Assembly (NCBI GenBank): GCA_951406725.2
Contig: OX597814.1
Coordinates: 85,560,001 to 85,624,000 of the forward strand
DNA length: 64,000 nucleotides
Origin: Octopus vulgaris
Taxonomy: Eukaryota
Direction of reading: 5' to 3'
Shown here: one piece after another, positions 1 to 14,960 of the stretch
Layout: every line of letters starts with the position of its first letter
How positions within the stretch are numbered: position 1 is the stretch's first letter
Program-made: the position numbers and the translations under genes
The notes under the pieces: model-generated
What the model was told of the DNA's origin: nothing
Databases searched by the model: none
What the model saw: only the letters and a program-made list of their open reading frames with translations

Positions 1-961
1 TCCAGTGCGAGCAGTGGCGTGCCTCAAGGTTCAGTGCTTGGGCTCTTCATAAATGACTTGCCCGACGACCTCACGCAACACACCCTTCTATTTGCCGACG
101 ATGTCAAACTGGTTGCTCCTCGCGGTGATATAGAGGATCTTCGTCGATGCCTCCACCAAATTTGGAGATGGTCTAACGAATGGGACCTGTGTCTGAACGT
201 GTCAAAGTGCTGTCATCTGCCTGTCGGCTCTCCTCCTGCAACTCAACTTGATTTCGAGCCGGGTCGTCTGCTGCTAGAGAGGACCGATCAGGTAAAGGAC
301 CTGGGTATCTTGGTGGATTCCTCCTTTTCGCCTTCGGCCCAGTGCGTCCATGCTGCCAACAAAGTACGCGGAATTCTGTTCTTGATTCGACGGTCATTCG
401 GAATGCTATGTCACGCTGGTGAGACCCATATTGGAGTACGGGATTCAAGCCTCTTCTCCTTATCTCCTCAAAGACATACAGCATCTCGAAAGAGTCCAGA
501 AGCTGGCTACCCGCATGGTTCTTGGTCTCAAGAATTTGTCTTATGAAGAAAGGCTGAAGATGCTCGACCTTTATTCTCTAGAAAAACGACGACGCCGTGG
601 AGATCTCATTCTTGCTCACAACATCATAAGCTAAGCGGAAAGTGTAACCTCTCGAAAGAGCTGTTCTTCACTCCTGCTCCAGAGCGTCGGCTGCGAGGTC
701 ATTCCGAAAAGCTCTAACTGCGACGATTTCATCTCAATCGAAGGAGAGGGGCTTTCTCCATCCGGGTTGCGGATCCGTGGAATAATCTGCCAGACGAGAT
801 GGTGAAGATGCCGACGACCGCTCGGTTCAAAGTCTCCCTTGACCTCAAGTGGCCTGAACTCTTTACATGAACATCACCCTGTACATAACTCCATGTCCCC
901 CTACATGGCCTTGCTTTTTGCTTTTTGAGCCAAAAAATTAACTAACTAACTAACTAACTAA
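1..961 (+). mobile_element. 3' end of a CR1-clade LINE (frameshifted RT C-terminus, 3' UTR, (CTAA)n tail)
   Basis: Translates to GVPQGSVLG...FINDLP...LLFADDVKL, then after a frameshift RPILEY...LERVQKLATRM...LSYEERL...RRRGDLI, then RGHS..L...FSIRVADPWNNLP. Ends in aactaactaactaactaactaa. Confidence 0.92.
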
Positions 962-979
962 CACCAACGATGGTGGACA

Positions 980-1037
<58 letters not shown>

Positions 1038-1195
1038 AATACGACAGACTTCTTTGAGTTTCCGTCTACCAAATCCATTCACAAGGCTAAGATCGGCCCG
1101 AGGCGATAGCAGAACATATTTGCCCAAGGTGCCACGCAGTGGGACTGAAGCATGTGGTTGGTAAGCAAGCTTCTTACCATACAGCCACGCCTGCG
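962..1195 (-). mobile_element. SINE family A, 5' half only (abuts the CR1 tail)
   Basis: Matches the copy at 9714-10150. The reverse complement starts gcaggcgtggctgtatggtaagaagc, a tRNA-like head. Confidence 0.85.
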
Positions 1196-1944
1196 TCGAA
1201 GATATGTAACGTTTAAGAAAGTGAGGAGGAAGGTTTTTACTACACAGCCATCGCCTGCTCCTAAGATATATTGAAGATATGTTAGGTTTAAGAAAGGGGG
1301 CAGCTAGTTTAGTAATCGTACTGGGCGGCCAAAATCCGCCCCAAACCCACGTTACACTACTGCAGCTGAGTGGGATTTCGGTTGGATTTGCCTGGATTTC
1401 TAACAGGTTGAGAAACTACATAAAGGTTTCTTGTTGCGGTTTTTAGAATTAAGTGTGACAGGAGATAAAAAAAAAGAATGTGAAGTTCCGAGTTCTCGTC
1501 TAGCGTCGTTCTAAGTTCCGAGGGTTTGTATTTATGTGCACTTCGTAGAGAACAACTACTGTAGACAAAGTCGAGTTGAGGCAGGGACAATGCCTGGTAC
1601 TTAAACCAGAGCATGTAATGTTAAAAATAAGTACCATTTAATTTAATCAGTGTGTATAATATATATACATATATATGGTTCTAAAATAATCCTTCATTGA
1701 AGCAGCAGTAGTAACAACAACAATAATACCGCCGCTGCTGGATTGTTTTTTTTTTATATACACGGCCTGAAACCAAGGTAAGGTTGTCATGGTTGGAATA
1801 TATCTTTGATCATAAGCTTGCTCGATCAAGACTGACCTGGGGCTAAACAAAAATAATACCTCATGGCTAGAATGCCTTTTATCATCCATCTGCTCAGTAC
1901 ATTCTAACATGGAGTTAAACAACAACAACAACATTGCTAAATGA

Positions 1945-2100
1945 TCTTTTCTACTCTAGGCACAAGGCCCAAAGTCTTTTGAGGAGGGGGCCAGTCGATT
2001 AGATCGACCCTAGTACGCAACTGGTACTTGATTTATCGACCACGAAAGAATGAAAGGCAAAGTCGACCTCGGCGGAATTTGAACTCAGAACGTAAAACAA
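1945..2100 (-). mobile_element. SINE family B fragment
   Basis: Contains gtcgattagatcgacc...ctggtacttgatttatcgac...gaaaggcaaagtcgacctcggcggaatttgaactc, shared with 37465-37654 and 55241-55461. Confidence 0.85.
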
Positions 2101-3325
2101 CGTTGCTAGATAATGTCTTCTAGCTACATTGTTTTGAAATTATGATATGGTAGTCACGGAAGGAATGTCATTGGTCATAGGCATACCCCATCAGAGTTTA
2201 CTTAGCGTTAAAACAACAAAAATGACCACCACCACATTTATCTATGATCGCTAACGTTTCAGGGTTTTTTTTCTTCTATGTATTTTCTGTTGACCAATCA
2301 AAATGCTTTAGCCGCCGTATAAGTCACGCCTCCTTTTAATGTTATGAGCAATAACTTTATAGCTTTCTATTCTTCTTACCCTTTGCGTGGTTACCAGCTC
2401 ATTTTCCCTCTTTTAAAATCTTTCACAAAACTCTGTTTCCTCTTTCCTTCTGCAATCATAAACTCACCTTCTTCCACGATTGCCTCCCTTCCTTTCCACT
2501 CTCGTTTCACCATAATAATCTTCCTCCTTTTCTTTTTCTTCTATAAACATTTTCCCACTCCTTCTTTCATCTCTGGTTTTTCTTCATCCTTCACCTTTCT
2601 TCTACTGCGTTATGTCTTTCCTTTCTTACTTTTACTGCTACCATTATTTTCCACCACTGCATTTCTTCGCATTTTCTGTAACAAATATAATCTCTTCATC
2701 CTCTCTTTCATTTCTTTATTCCCCCATCCATCTTTCTTTATTTTTACACTCTTAAACACAAACCTTCGCTCCAGTCTTTCTATCTACCCTGCGATCATTT
2801 CCTCCTTCTTCTCCCTTTCTTCACTCCTCTTACTGACAATATAGTCTATCCTTCCCCTTCTCCTCTCTTCGTTTTACGACCACCGCCATCTTCTAACAGC
2901 CTTCCATCACTACCAACACCACCATATTTATATGCCAGCCATTGCAGGTCGTCATATAAAAACCACGAAGTGAACAGCAGATGTACAAGAAATTCGACAC
3001 GGTTGTATTACCTTCTGCTCGGACATATTGTCGGGCATAATGTTAAAGCACAAAATATACACCAATAAACATACAAAACAAAATAAATACGAAATTTTAG
3101 TTTTCTCTGGGATCAGCGGGGTGCTGCAGTAGGACAAATATTATTTTTATTATTATATCGTGGTATATTGTATGTTTGTTTTATATACTGCGTTATGTTT
3201 CTGGCCATCACAAACGCCGCCACAACCATCACCACCATACGGCGTACCCCACTGTGTTTCCCTTTCCATACGACTCATTATTATTATTATTTTTATTGTT
3301 ATTGCCCCTGTGGCTAATAAAAGAA

Positions 3326-3326
3326 T

Positions 3327-3385
<59 letters not shown>

Positions 3386-3559
3386 GTTATTGTTATTGTT
3401 GTTCTATCTTTATATAAGGAATTGATTTAGAAGACATGGTCTTGTTTTGGAGCAAGTCGGGTGGAGGGACTGTAATTCAATAGGGTGCAGGCGAAAGTAT
3501 CGGGCCGTAAACCAAATCTGGTCAAAATATTATTCACTGGCAGTTTGTAGTTTAGTAGC

Positions 3560-3604
<45 letters not shown>

Positions 3605-4012
3605 GGCAGCAGTAGTACCAGTGTTGGTGTTGGTGGCAGTGGTGGTGGCGGCGGCGGTGGTAGTGGTGGTGGTCGTCGTAGTGGTGGTGGTGGTAGTAGT
3701 AGTAGTTGTGGTGGTGGTGATGGTAGTTGTAGTAGTAGTAGTAGTAGTGGCGGTAGTAGTAGTAGTAGTATAGTAGTAATAGTAGTAGTGGCAGCAGTAG
3801 TAGCAGTGTTGGTGTTGGTGGTAGTGGTGATGGCGGCGGCGGTTGTAGTGGTGGTCTTTGTCGTAGTGGTGGTGGTGGTGGTGGTAGTAGTAGTAGTGGT
3901 GGCGGCGGTGGTGATGGTGATGGTGGTAGTAGTAGTATTAGTAGTAGTAGTGGCGGTAGTGATGGTGGTGGTAGTAGTTGTTGTAGTAGCGTTGGTTAGT
4001 AGTGAAAGTAGT
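3326..4012. repeat. (ATT)n tract and long compound (GTA/GTG)n trinucleotide tract
   Basis: Seen directly. Source of the poly-Y, poly-I and poly-V ORFs. Confidence 0.95.
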
Positions 4013-4623
4013 AGCCAATTTTTTCGAGTGATTAAAAGCTTTCCATCTTCCTGTCAAATTTATGGCAAACATACAACTATTTTATTTTTTCCCTACACGT
4101 AAGTGGATGCTTGGTTTTTAAGGGTTTTATTTTTGATATATGCATCATTTGTATTTTATTATGGTCTCAGATGGTTACAGAAGACCACAAACACATACAC
4201 ACATGCATACATACACACAAACACGCACACACAAAAATGCATATACGCACACACCACATGCATACATAGATACGTATATGCTTATACGCATACATACACG
4301 CATGTGCAATGTGTATGAGTAAAGCAATGAAATAATGCATCTGGCTCCATGTAATTGTATATATGCATGAGGGCTGAACAGTGGTTATGTAGGTACACAC
4401 ACACACACAGACACACACGCACACACACGCATGCTCACACACACAACACACACACGCACAAACACGCGCACACACAGCATACACACATACACGTACACAC
4501 ACAATATACACACGCACAACACACGCACATACACAACTTACATATTCTCTCTCTCTCTCTTTTCACTTTTTCCATTTCTCTCTCTCCTTCTCTCCCCCGC
4601 TCACCCTCTACCTCTCTCCCTCT

Positions 4624-4676
<53 letters not shown>

Positions 4677-5023
4677 GCACACAAACATGAATATGTTATG
4701 ATTTCGTATAGAAATATCAACAATATGAATGAATGAAAATGCTTCAAGACAAGTTTTGTTCTACATATTAACGTATTAAATACATATTGGTGCAGGTATG
4801 GTTATGTGGTTAAGGGGTCTCACTGTGCGGCACTATAGGCAAGTGTCATCTTTCTTTGTAGTGATCAAATCTACACTTCTCCCCATGCCCCAGACTACAA
4901 TACAATATAGATAATGCACATGAGAGTGGATCTGATCATTAAAACCAACTTGTGAAAGCAATTGGCTTTTCTACTATGAGCCCAGATCCTTGTAAATGGA
5001 TCGAAGCCCGTCATATACGCATG

Positions 5024-5068
<45 letters not shown>

Positions 5069-5129
5069 GTGTATATTTGTAAATAGTAAGGGATTACCCC
5101 AAACGCTTACATGTTCGCTCTCAGTTTGA

Positions 5130-5461
5130 TGCAAACCATCTTCTGCTAGTTCTTTCATTCAAGCATTCTTTCCCATAAACTGAGTGTATGTTTCGAGTCG
5201 CTTCGGCTGCAGAGTTTCCTTTTTTGTACTCATAAAGCATTATGTGCCTCAAATGCTCTTTGGATACTTCCATGTTAGAAAGGGTTTTAATCAAAGAAAT
5301 TTTAATTCTATTATTCTGTAAAATAATATTTAATTAGTTTAAATGTACACAAATGCATAAAAATAATTTTTAATTCGATTAGACATACTAAAATACTATT
5401 AAATTTCATTCAATTTAAAAAAAAGTTAAAATCGGACAGAACTGATGGAATGACCTGATAT
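5130..5461 (-). mobile_element. mariner 5' remnant (TIR plus transposase N-terminal HTH)
   Basis: Minus strand reads KEHLRHIMLYEYKKGNSAAEATRNIHSVYG(K)ECLNERTSRRWFA with one frameshift. The end reads TA-tcaggtcattccatcagttctgtccg. Confidence 0.8.
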
Positions 5462-5502
5462 GTATGTATGTATATATATCAGGTCAGGTATATATATATC
5501 AG

Positions 5503-5533
<31 letters not shown>

Positions 5534-6069
5534 TGTATGTATGTATGTATGTATGTATGTATGTATGTATGTATGTGTGTATGTATGTATGTATGTATGT
5601 ATGTACGTATGTATGTGTGTGTGTGTGTGTGGGGGGAGTGTTTGTCCCAGCGCTGCTTGATAACCAGTGCTGATTCATTTACACCCCTGTAACTTAGCGG
5701 TACAGCACTGGGGATGAGTTGTTTGACCAAAACCTTCCAAGGCGGTGCTCCAGCACAGCTGTAGTTCAATGACCGAAACAGGTAAAAGATTTTTAAAAAA
5801 TCAAAAAAAAAAAAAAAAAAAAAATGAGAGAGATATGTGTACCGTTCATAAGATCAAATTCAAATGATATGATAATCAGAATGCCAAAAGCTTGAAAGAC
5901 TGAATGCTCAGAACACCAAATTTCGACATCTTAGTGGAAAATAATGTGCGGAAATGGGTTAAAAAGATATTTATTTGCAGTTTTGAAAGGAGGTTTATTA
6001 TAACACTTTTATTTTGCTGTTTCCAGAATAGCGAAGGAGAGCTAGATAGGGTGTGCATGTTTATTTACA

Positions 6070-6785
6070 ATAATTTTGGTACGAGACCAACTATTTTGAG
6101 GGGATGGGCAAGTTGAATACATCGATTTCAGTACTTGACTGGTATTTTATCACCCTGGTACGATAAAGGACAAGGTTCACGTTGGTAGGATTTGAATTCA
6201 GAAGAGAAAGAGTCGCAAGAAATGCCGCAAAGCATTTTGACCAAGGCTCTAACGATTCTGTTAGCTCGTTGCCTTACAATACAATAAAAGACGATTTCAA
6301 ATTTTGCTGTTAGGCCAGTAATTTTATAGCGAGTGCTCAACTTGTATTCATTTTATCGACCCTGAAATAGTGAAAGTTCAAGACAACCTCGGTAGAATTT
6401 GAGCTCAAAACGTAAAAAACCGGAATAAATGCTGCTAAGCATTTTGTTCTATGTCCTAACGATTCTGCTGGCTCGCAAACAATGACAGAAGTACCATTTC
6501 AGGGATACGATATCCAGGACATAAGCGAAATTCGAAATGGTTTATTTATTGAATATTTCTGTTCTTTACAATTTCCCTTTATTGAATAAGTTTCTTCTTT
6601 CTTTTAATACAAACATAAATATATCAAACGGTCGGAAGTCCCAATTTTATATGTCGATATTATATATACAAAGAAAGGCGGAGAGCTGGCAGAATCATTA
6701 GTATCTCAACCGGGCAAAATGCATACGGCATTTCGTCCATCTTTATGTTATGACTTTAAATTCCGCCGAGGTCTACGTTTCCTTA
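6070..6785. mobile_element. cluster of three decayed SINE family B copies
   Basis: Two minus-strand copies (about 6070-6280 and 6290-6480) and a plus-strand head ggcggagagctggcagaatc at about 6676. Confidence 0.7.
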
Positions 6786-7066
6786 GAATAATATATTTCT
6801 TCTTAACCTTCTTTTTAATATATTCATGTACTATTTCAGTTTGCTTTGAATTTAACCTGCTTTGAGTTACCTTGGTAACATTGTGTTAACGTAAATTTTC
6901 GGATTTATTGTTTTGACTGACCATATGTACCTTTTTTTCTTTAACTAAATATGGTGGCACAATAGAAACGATCACCGGTAATGTCTGAAGTAATCATTAA
7001 TTAAAAATGTGATTTTCACCATTTTTGTATGCACACACACACACACGCACACGCACGCACACACAC

Positions 7067-7132
<66 letters not shown>

Positions 7133-7139
7133 GCACTCA

Positions 7140-7755
7140 CACATGCATATATAATGAACTCCTTCGTCGAAAATGACGTATGAGTTTTCAGCTTTTGCCG
7201 AACGACTTGCACAGGTGACTTGTTTATAGTGATCAAATGTCCGTGCCGCACATTAGCTTACTCTCTTTATCGAATCGATGTTGCCTGAACAGGTGCACAG
7301 TGTGCCACGCGTCAGGTATCGAAGTGATCGCAGAGCAACGTGAGATGAAGTGTTTTGCTCAAAAACACAACGCACCACCCGGTCTAGGAATTGAAATCAC
7401 GCTCTCACGATCATGGGTGCAACACTCTAACCACTAATATACTAATATATATATATATTAGTACATTTGTACTTCATCGGTTACGAAGATGAGGGTTTCA
7501 GTTGATCCGATCAATGGATCAGCCAGCTCGTGAAATTAACGGGCAAGAGACCGAGCACTCCACAGACACGCGAACCCTTAGCGTAGGGAGATTCAGCGTG
7601 ACACCGAGTGTGACAAAGCTGGTCCTTTGATATACAGGTGCAATTTATTTTTGTTAGCTGAGTGAAATGGAACAACGTGAAATAAAATACCTCGATCAAA
7701 GACACAACGACTTTAAGATCGTGAGTCGAATACCCGAACCATTAAGACAAGTGCC

Positions 7756-7760
<5 letters not shown>
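7140..7760 (-). mobile_element. two SINE family C copies (tRNA head plus CORE-like tgttcttgagcaaaacacttcatttcacgttgctc segment)
   Basis: Homologous to 24197-24345, 24740-25030, 40395-40620, 47010-47265 and 47865-48190. Confidence 0.75.
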
Positions 7761-7788
<28 letters not shown>

Positions 7789-8207
7789 TACATATATATA
7801 TACACACACACGCACATATATATATATTTATATATATGTATGTATGTATATGTATGTATAATGTGTATGTAAGTACGTATGTATGTATAAACACACATAC
7901 ATGCATACACACACACATATATGTGTATATGTGTATATATTTATATATATATATTATAGATATGTAATTATAAGATTCAAAGATCTAAGCGTAGGAAGTT
8001 TGTAAGTTTCGAGCAATCTGTGGTAGGTACAAAAAAAGCAACGTTGAGGAACAATAGTAATTCATAGGCGTCGAAAATTTGAAATAGTAACCTTCGGCCT
8101 GACGAGTAGCTAGTTAAGTACCCCTCATTCAGTAATTATTACGTCAGACGATCTGCGATCCAGGAAACATATGTGGCTGGATTTTGCCTGTTTCACTTTC
8201 TCAATCT

Positions 8208-8260
<53 letters not shown>

Positions 8261-8463
8261 GAAATTAAGCCAACACTCCATATAATCTTTTCTGCTCTTG
8301 GTACAAGGCCTAGAGTAGTGGAAGGTGGGGGCAGTTGATAAATCTACTCCAGTACGCAACTGGTACTTAATTTATCGAAATCTGAAAGGATGAAAGGCAA
8401 AGTCGACCTCGGCGTAATTTGAACTCAGAACGTAAATACTTTTGTTTTTCTGTAAATTTAAAC

Positions 8464-8534
<71 letters not shown>

Positions 8535-8779
8535 TTTTACTTATTTCAGGCATTTGATTGCGGCCATGCTGGAGCACCGCCTTGAAGGGTGTTTTTTCAG
8601 TTGCAGAAATCGATCCCAGGACTTATTCTTTGTAAGCCTCGTACTTATTCTATGGGTCACTTTTGCCGAACCGCTGAGTTACGGGGGCGTAAACACACCA
8701 ACGTCGGTTGTCAAGCGATGGCGGAGGGAACACATACTGACCACACACATGCATAAATATATGCGTATATATATATATA

Positions 8780-8915
8780 CCGGAGTAAACACATAAATGT
8801 GAAACAAGGTGGAAAAAAAGAGTACTCAAATACCAGGGGTAGAATAATATGCTTTATTTAAAAGCAGCAGATATTCAACAAAAGCTTTTGTTGAATTTCT
8901 GCTGCTATTAAATAA

Positions 8916-8920
<5 letters not shown>
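8780..8920. repeat. asymmetric mini-foldback element in (TA)n, copy 1
   Basis: Hairpin 8847-8920 centred on caaaag|cttttg, with an unpaired extension at 8780-8846. The same element occurs inverted at 30610-30752. Confidence 0.85.
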
Positions 8921-8966
<46 letters not shown>

Positions 8967-9051
8967 GGTCCCGGGTTGAGTCGGAGTTAACCACAGTAAA
9001 TAAGGTACTCAATAAATAAGGTACTCAGTAAATAAGGTACTTTTGACAGCC

Positions 9052-9102
9052 AGCTTCCTGAAGATTTCATCTGAATGAAACAGTTCTAGTCCTGTAGAAG
9101 CT
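9052..9102 (+). ncRNA. type I hammerhead ribozyme motif in a ~160-bp non-coding insert
   Basis: agcttc-CTGAAGA-tttcatctgaat-GAA-acag-ttctagtc-ctgt-A-gaagct. Stem I is 6 bp, stem III 4 bp, cleavage triplet GUA. Stem II is weak. Confidence 0.65.
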
Positions 9103-9118
9103 CCTTCTATAAAATAAA

Positions 9119-9160
<42 letters not shown>

Positions 9161-9713
9161 GACGAGTTTCTTTCAGTTTCAGTCTACCAAATCCACTCAC
9201 AAGGCTTTGGTTGGCCCGAGGCTATAGAAGAAGACACTTGCCTAAGGTGTCATGCAGTGGGACTGAACCCGGAACCATGTGGTTGAGAAGCAAGCTTCTT
9301 ACCACACAGCCATACCTGCGTCTATTGATATAACATCCTGGGAAGGGAGCTACACCAACGATACATTGCCTGAGACTGACGTAACCAAGTTGTAGGAGGA
9401 ACTACATTTATGAATGCCGATACTCCATAAATTAGTGCAGATTATATACCTATTTAAGTCCATAATTTATATATTATAATTGTCATTTAATGTACACGCC
9501 CCTTTATAATACTCTCGTGCTAGCGAAAACACTATGCATGGTTAAACATGCGCGTGTTTAAATATAGATGCACGTGCCAAACCATATGCAGACATGCGTC
9601 TGTGTATTTAGACTCTGCCTCGTATAGTTGTTTGCACGTGTAGTTAAATAGACATGGAATTCTATGAGTGACGTACGCGTCATGTATAATCTGGAATTGC
9701 GTAAATGTTATAC

Positions 9714-9938
9714 TCTTTTACTCTTTTACTTGTTTCAGTCATTTGACTGTGGCCATGCTGGAGCACCTCCTTTAGTCGAGCAAATTGACCCCAGGACTTA
9801 TTCTTTGTAAGCCTAGTACTTATTCTATCGTTCTCTTTTGCCGAACCGCTAAGTTACGGGGACGTAAACACACCAGCATCGGTTGTCAAGCGATGTTGGG
9901 GGACAATCACAGACACAAACATATACACGCACACACAC

Positions 9939-9985
<47 letters not shown>

Positions 9986-10150
9986 TACGACGGGCTTCTT
10001 TCAGTTTCCGTCTACCAAATCCACTCACAAGGCTTTGGTCGGCCCGAAGCTATAGTAAAAGACACTTGCCCAAGGTGCCACGCAGTGGGACTGAACCCGG
10101 AATCATGTGGTTGGTAAGCAAGTTACTTACCACACAGCCACTCCTACGCC
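9714..10150 (-). mobile_element. full-length SINE family A (tRNA-derived head, internal CA/TA microsatellite, AG-rich tail)
   Basis: Minus strand reads ggcgtaggagtggctgtgtggtaag...ccgggttcagtccc (A/B-box-like). Near-identical copies lie at 19238-19660 and 43860-44255. Confidence 0.9.
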
Positions 10151-12810
10151 TCATGTTTGTGTATGAGTGTGTTATTTTCAAATATTTCGTTGTTTACTTC
10201 TGGTTCTCGCTCAATTCTTTTGACTAAGCGACAAGCTGAATATTTGAAACCAAAAGATTACTGGCGTATTCTGTGTTTAAAATTTAAATATTCACTCACA
10301 AAAAATAATGTTTTACAAAATATCCAAGCATCATCTTTTATCTTTTTACTCGATTTAGTCACTGGCTAAGTTTATGGTGGAGCACATCTTGAAAGGCTTA
10401 GCAAAACAAATTTCTAAAACTCTGGAACTTCTATCAGTTTCTTTTGCTGAATAGTTAAGTCACAGAAGACGTAAGCAAACCAACACCGGCCGTCAAGTGG
10501 TGAAGAGGCGAAAACAAAGACATATACCCATACATACACATATGTCAAAGTGAGCTTCTTAACCACATAAATTTTGACACCATATCACTTTTCATTAACC
10601 CTAAACTATATTTTTAAAAATCTGCTGCGCACTATATGAGAAATACCGATCTAAATGTTTGGGATATTTAGTTTCATTCTTCTATATTCTTTTTTAGATT
10701 TTGTGTTCGAATCCTATGGAAGCCGTCGACATTTTTCATCTATTAAGGAAGATCTCAAGAGGTTCAACATTCTCTTGGGGGATGCAGAGATGATACGAGA
10801 CTACCAGCGATGTGGAGCACTGGTGGAAGGTGCTTCTGGGACCGTTAACCAGTGATGATTCCAACCTCACCAAGCGAGAGCATAATGCAAGCGAGTGGTG
10901 ATGGTTACTCGATACAAGACCAGTCAATACAGTCAACTACGTATCCCTCCTTATAAATAGGTGACCATACAACAATGGATTGTGAAGCCCTAAACTAGCT
11001 TACTTCGCTTGTTTATCTTGTTTAGCAGGTGTCCAAATCTAGATTGATTCGCAGATATCATAACCTGGTTTTAAAGCCGGACAAAATGTTTCACAGCATT
11101 TCTTCCGGAAGAGTTAAAATGTCACGGAGGTCAATTTTACATTTTTTCCTTTCGGAGTCTGTAAAATAAGTACCAGTTGAGTACTGGGGTCGATGTAATC
11201 GATACCTCCTCCTCCTCCCCCCCCCCCTCCACCCCCTATATCTCAGGCCTTATGCTTATAGTAGGAAGGATTATTACCTAGTATATTTCTAGCGCATTCT
11301 CTAAGACTAAAAGAGCCGGTCGTCACTCCCGAGCGAGTATGGTTTAATGACACGTACCAGACTTTTGCTAATTGGTTTAGGTGCTTATGTAGTCAAGCGC
11401 AGACACTGACATACTCTCAGCTCTCCAATACCCTTGACTCAGTGACACCTTCAGGATGTGAAACTGAAGGATGAGAGGAAGCTACACTAGAACTTGGTTG
11501 CTACCCATTTCCTTTTAAGTAGATTGGAGCAATGTGAACATAACTCACTGCAGGGTCAAAGAAATGAACCCAAAACATTATGACCGTTAGCAGAACGCTC
11601 TAGCCACTAGGCTACGCGCATTCACAATCTTAACATCATGTTTTCAGTAAAACAACACAGGTAATACCTACTTCTTCATTATACTTAATCATAATTCTAG
11701 CAATTACAATTAAGACAGTATCATTTTATCGTTCTGTGTGATAGTTCCTCTGTTTTATATCCTCAAGAAAACATTTTCAAAGCAAGTAAATCATTTAAAG
11801 AAACTTCGCTTCACAAAACTCATTATCTAAAATTAGCTGTTAACACAAACATTACTAGACGTAAGTAGCCTATTTAAATCACATGAATACTAGTTTAAAA
11901 CTGACAAAACTAACTGGTGTCACTTAACGATCTGATTGTTGTTGTTGTAAAGCAATCACTTGTCTAAGATGGATACATCTTTTAGGTTCTGGAATTACTA
12001 TTTATTTAACTTCATAATATTCTTAGTTATTTTATAACTGAAAAGTAAAGAAATAATGACATAAACCTGTCGTATGATTGTTTTGTAAACATTTGCTTTT
12101 CAACACGTTTAAATAAAAAATATCAAGTAAACTTAATTCAAACGTACAATTTATACTTTGAATGAAACATTGTGTGATAGAGTAGTTAACATTGATTGAA
12201 AACCAGTACTATCTAAATTTGAAATAAATGAGTGAAAACAGAAGTAAAACGATACACCAGCTCGTATTTTACCTTTCGATAGTTCGGGATCAAGAGCCTT
12301 TTGTCAATACAAAGGAGCGTTAACTTCGAAATACTTGAGTCAAAGCTGAAGCATTTCGAGTATTTCACATAATTTTTAAAGTATTGTGGAAAGAAACATC
12401 AGATATCAGTCTGAGATACAGGAGCTTCTGACATCGTTGCTTACAACTTGGCATTGTTCTGCCATGGACTGTTCGAAGTTCTAAAATTTAAACTTCTCAC
12501 ACTCAGAAGTCGTAGAAAGAAGCATGATTTTTTCGAACGCTATCACTTCAGGGAAACTGAGTCTTTGAATTAGAAGTTGTTAATGGCAACAATATCTATT
12601 ATTTTCTCCTCAAGCCTTCTTTAAATTTAAATTAGATCATAATATGACAAACGATAGTGTGAGAGATGTCGCTTGTCTCAAGCTACAAGAATCATATGCA
12701 TGCAAACATGTCAGTTATTTCTGATATATATATATATTTATATGTATACATATATACACACACAATGCAATAACACACATATATTTGTGTGTGTGCATAT
12801 ATATGCACGT

Positions 12811-12843
<33 letters not shown>

Positions 12844-12939
12844 TTGTAAATATAAAAATGTTCTAAACGTATTTCAGCACAGGAATATGTAAACAAAATA
12901 ATATAAATATACATAGGCATACGCATAACTAATCTCTCC

Positions 12940-14960
<2,021 letters not shown>

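Larger units (their letters stand above)
8533..9322 (-). mobile_element. SINE family A split at its internal (TA)n by two nested inserts
   Basis: 3' half at 8533-8760 and 5' half at 9159-9322. Unrelated inserts at 8780-8920 and 8963-9120 are each bounded by (TA)n. Confidence 0.85.

Noticed and set aside
2344-2844. 166-aa hydrophobic ORF
   Set aside because: CT-rich low-complexity sequence that yields F/L/S by composition.
8995-9042. CRISPR-like short repeats (taaataaggtact x3; also gcatgggatcgcca x3 at about 45481)
   Set aside because: Tandem units without unique spacers, in a eukaryotic context with no cas genes.
9714-10150. tRNA genes suggested by A/B boxes in SINE heads
   Set aside because: No full cloverleaf, and they continue into SINE bodies.
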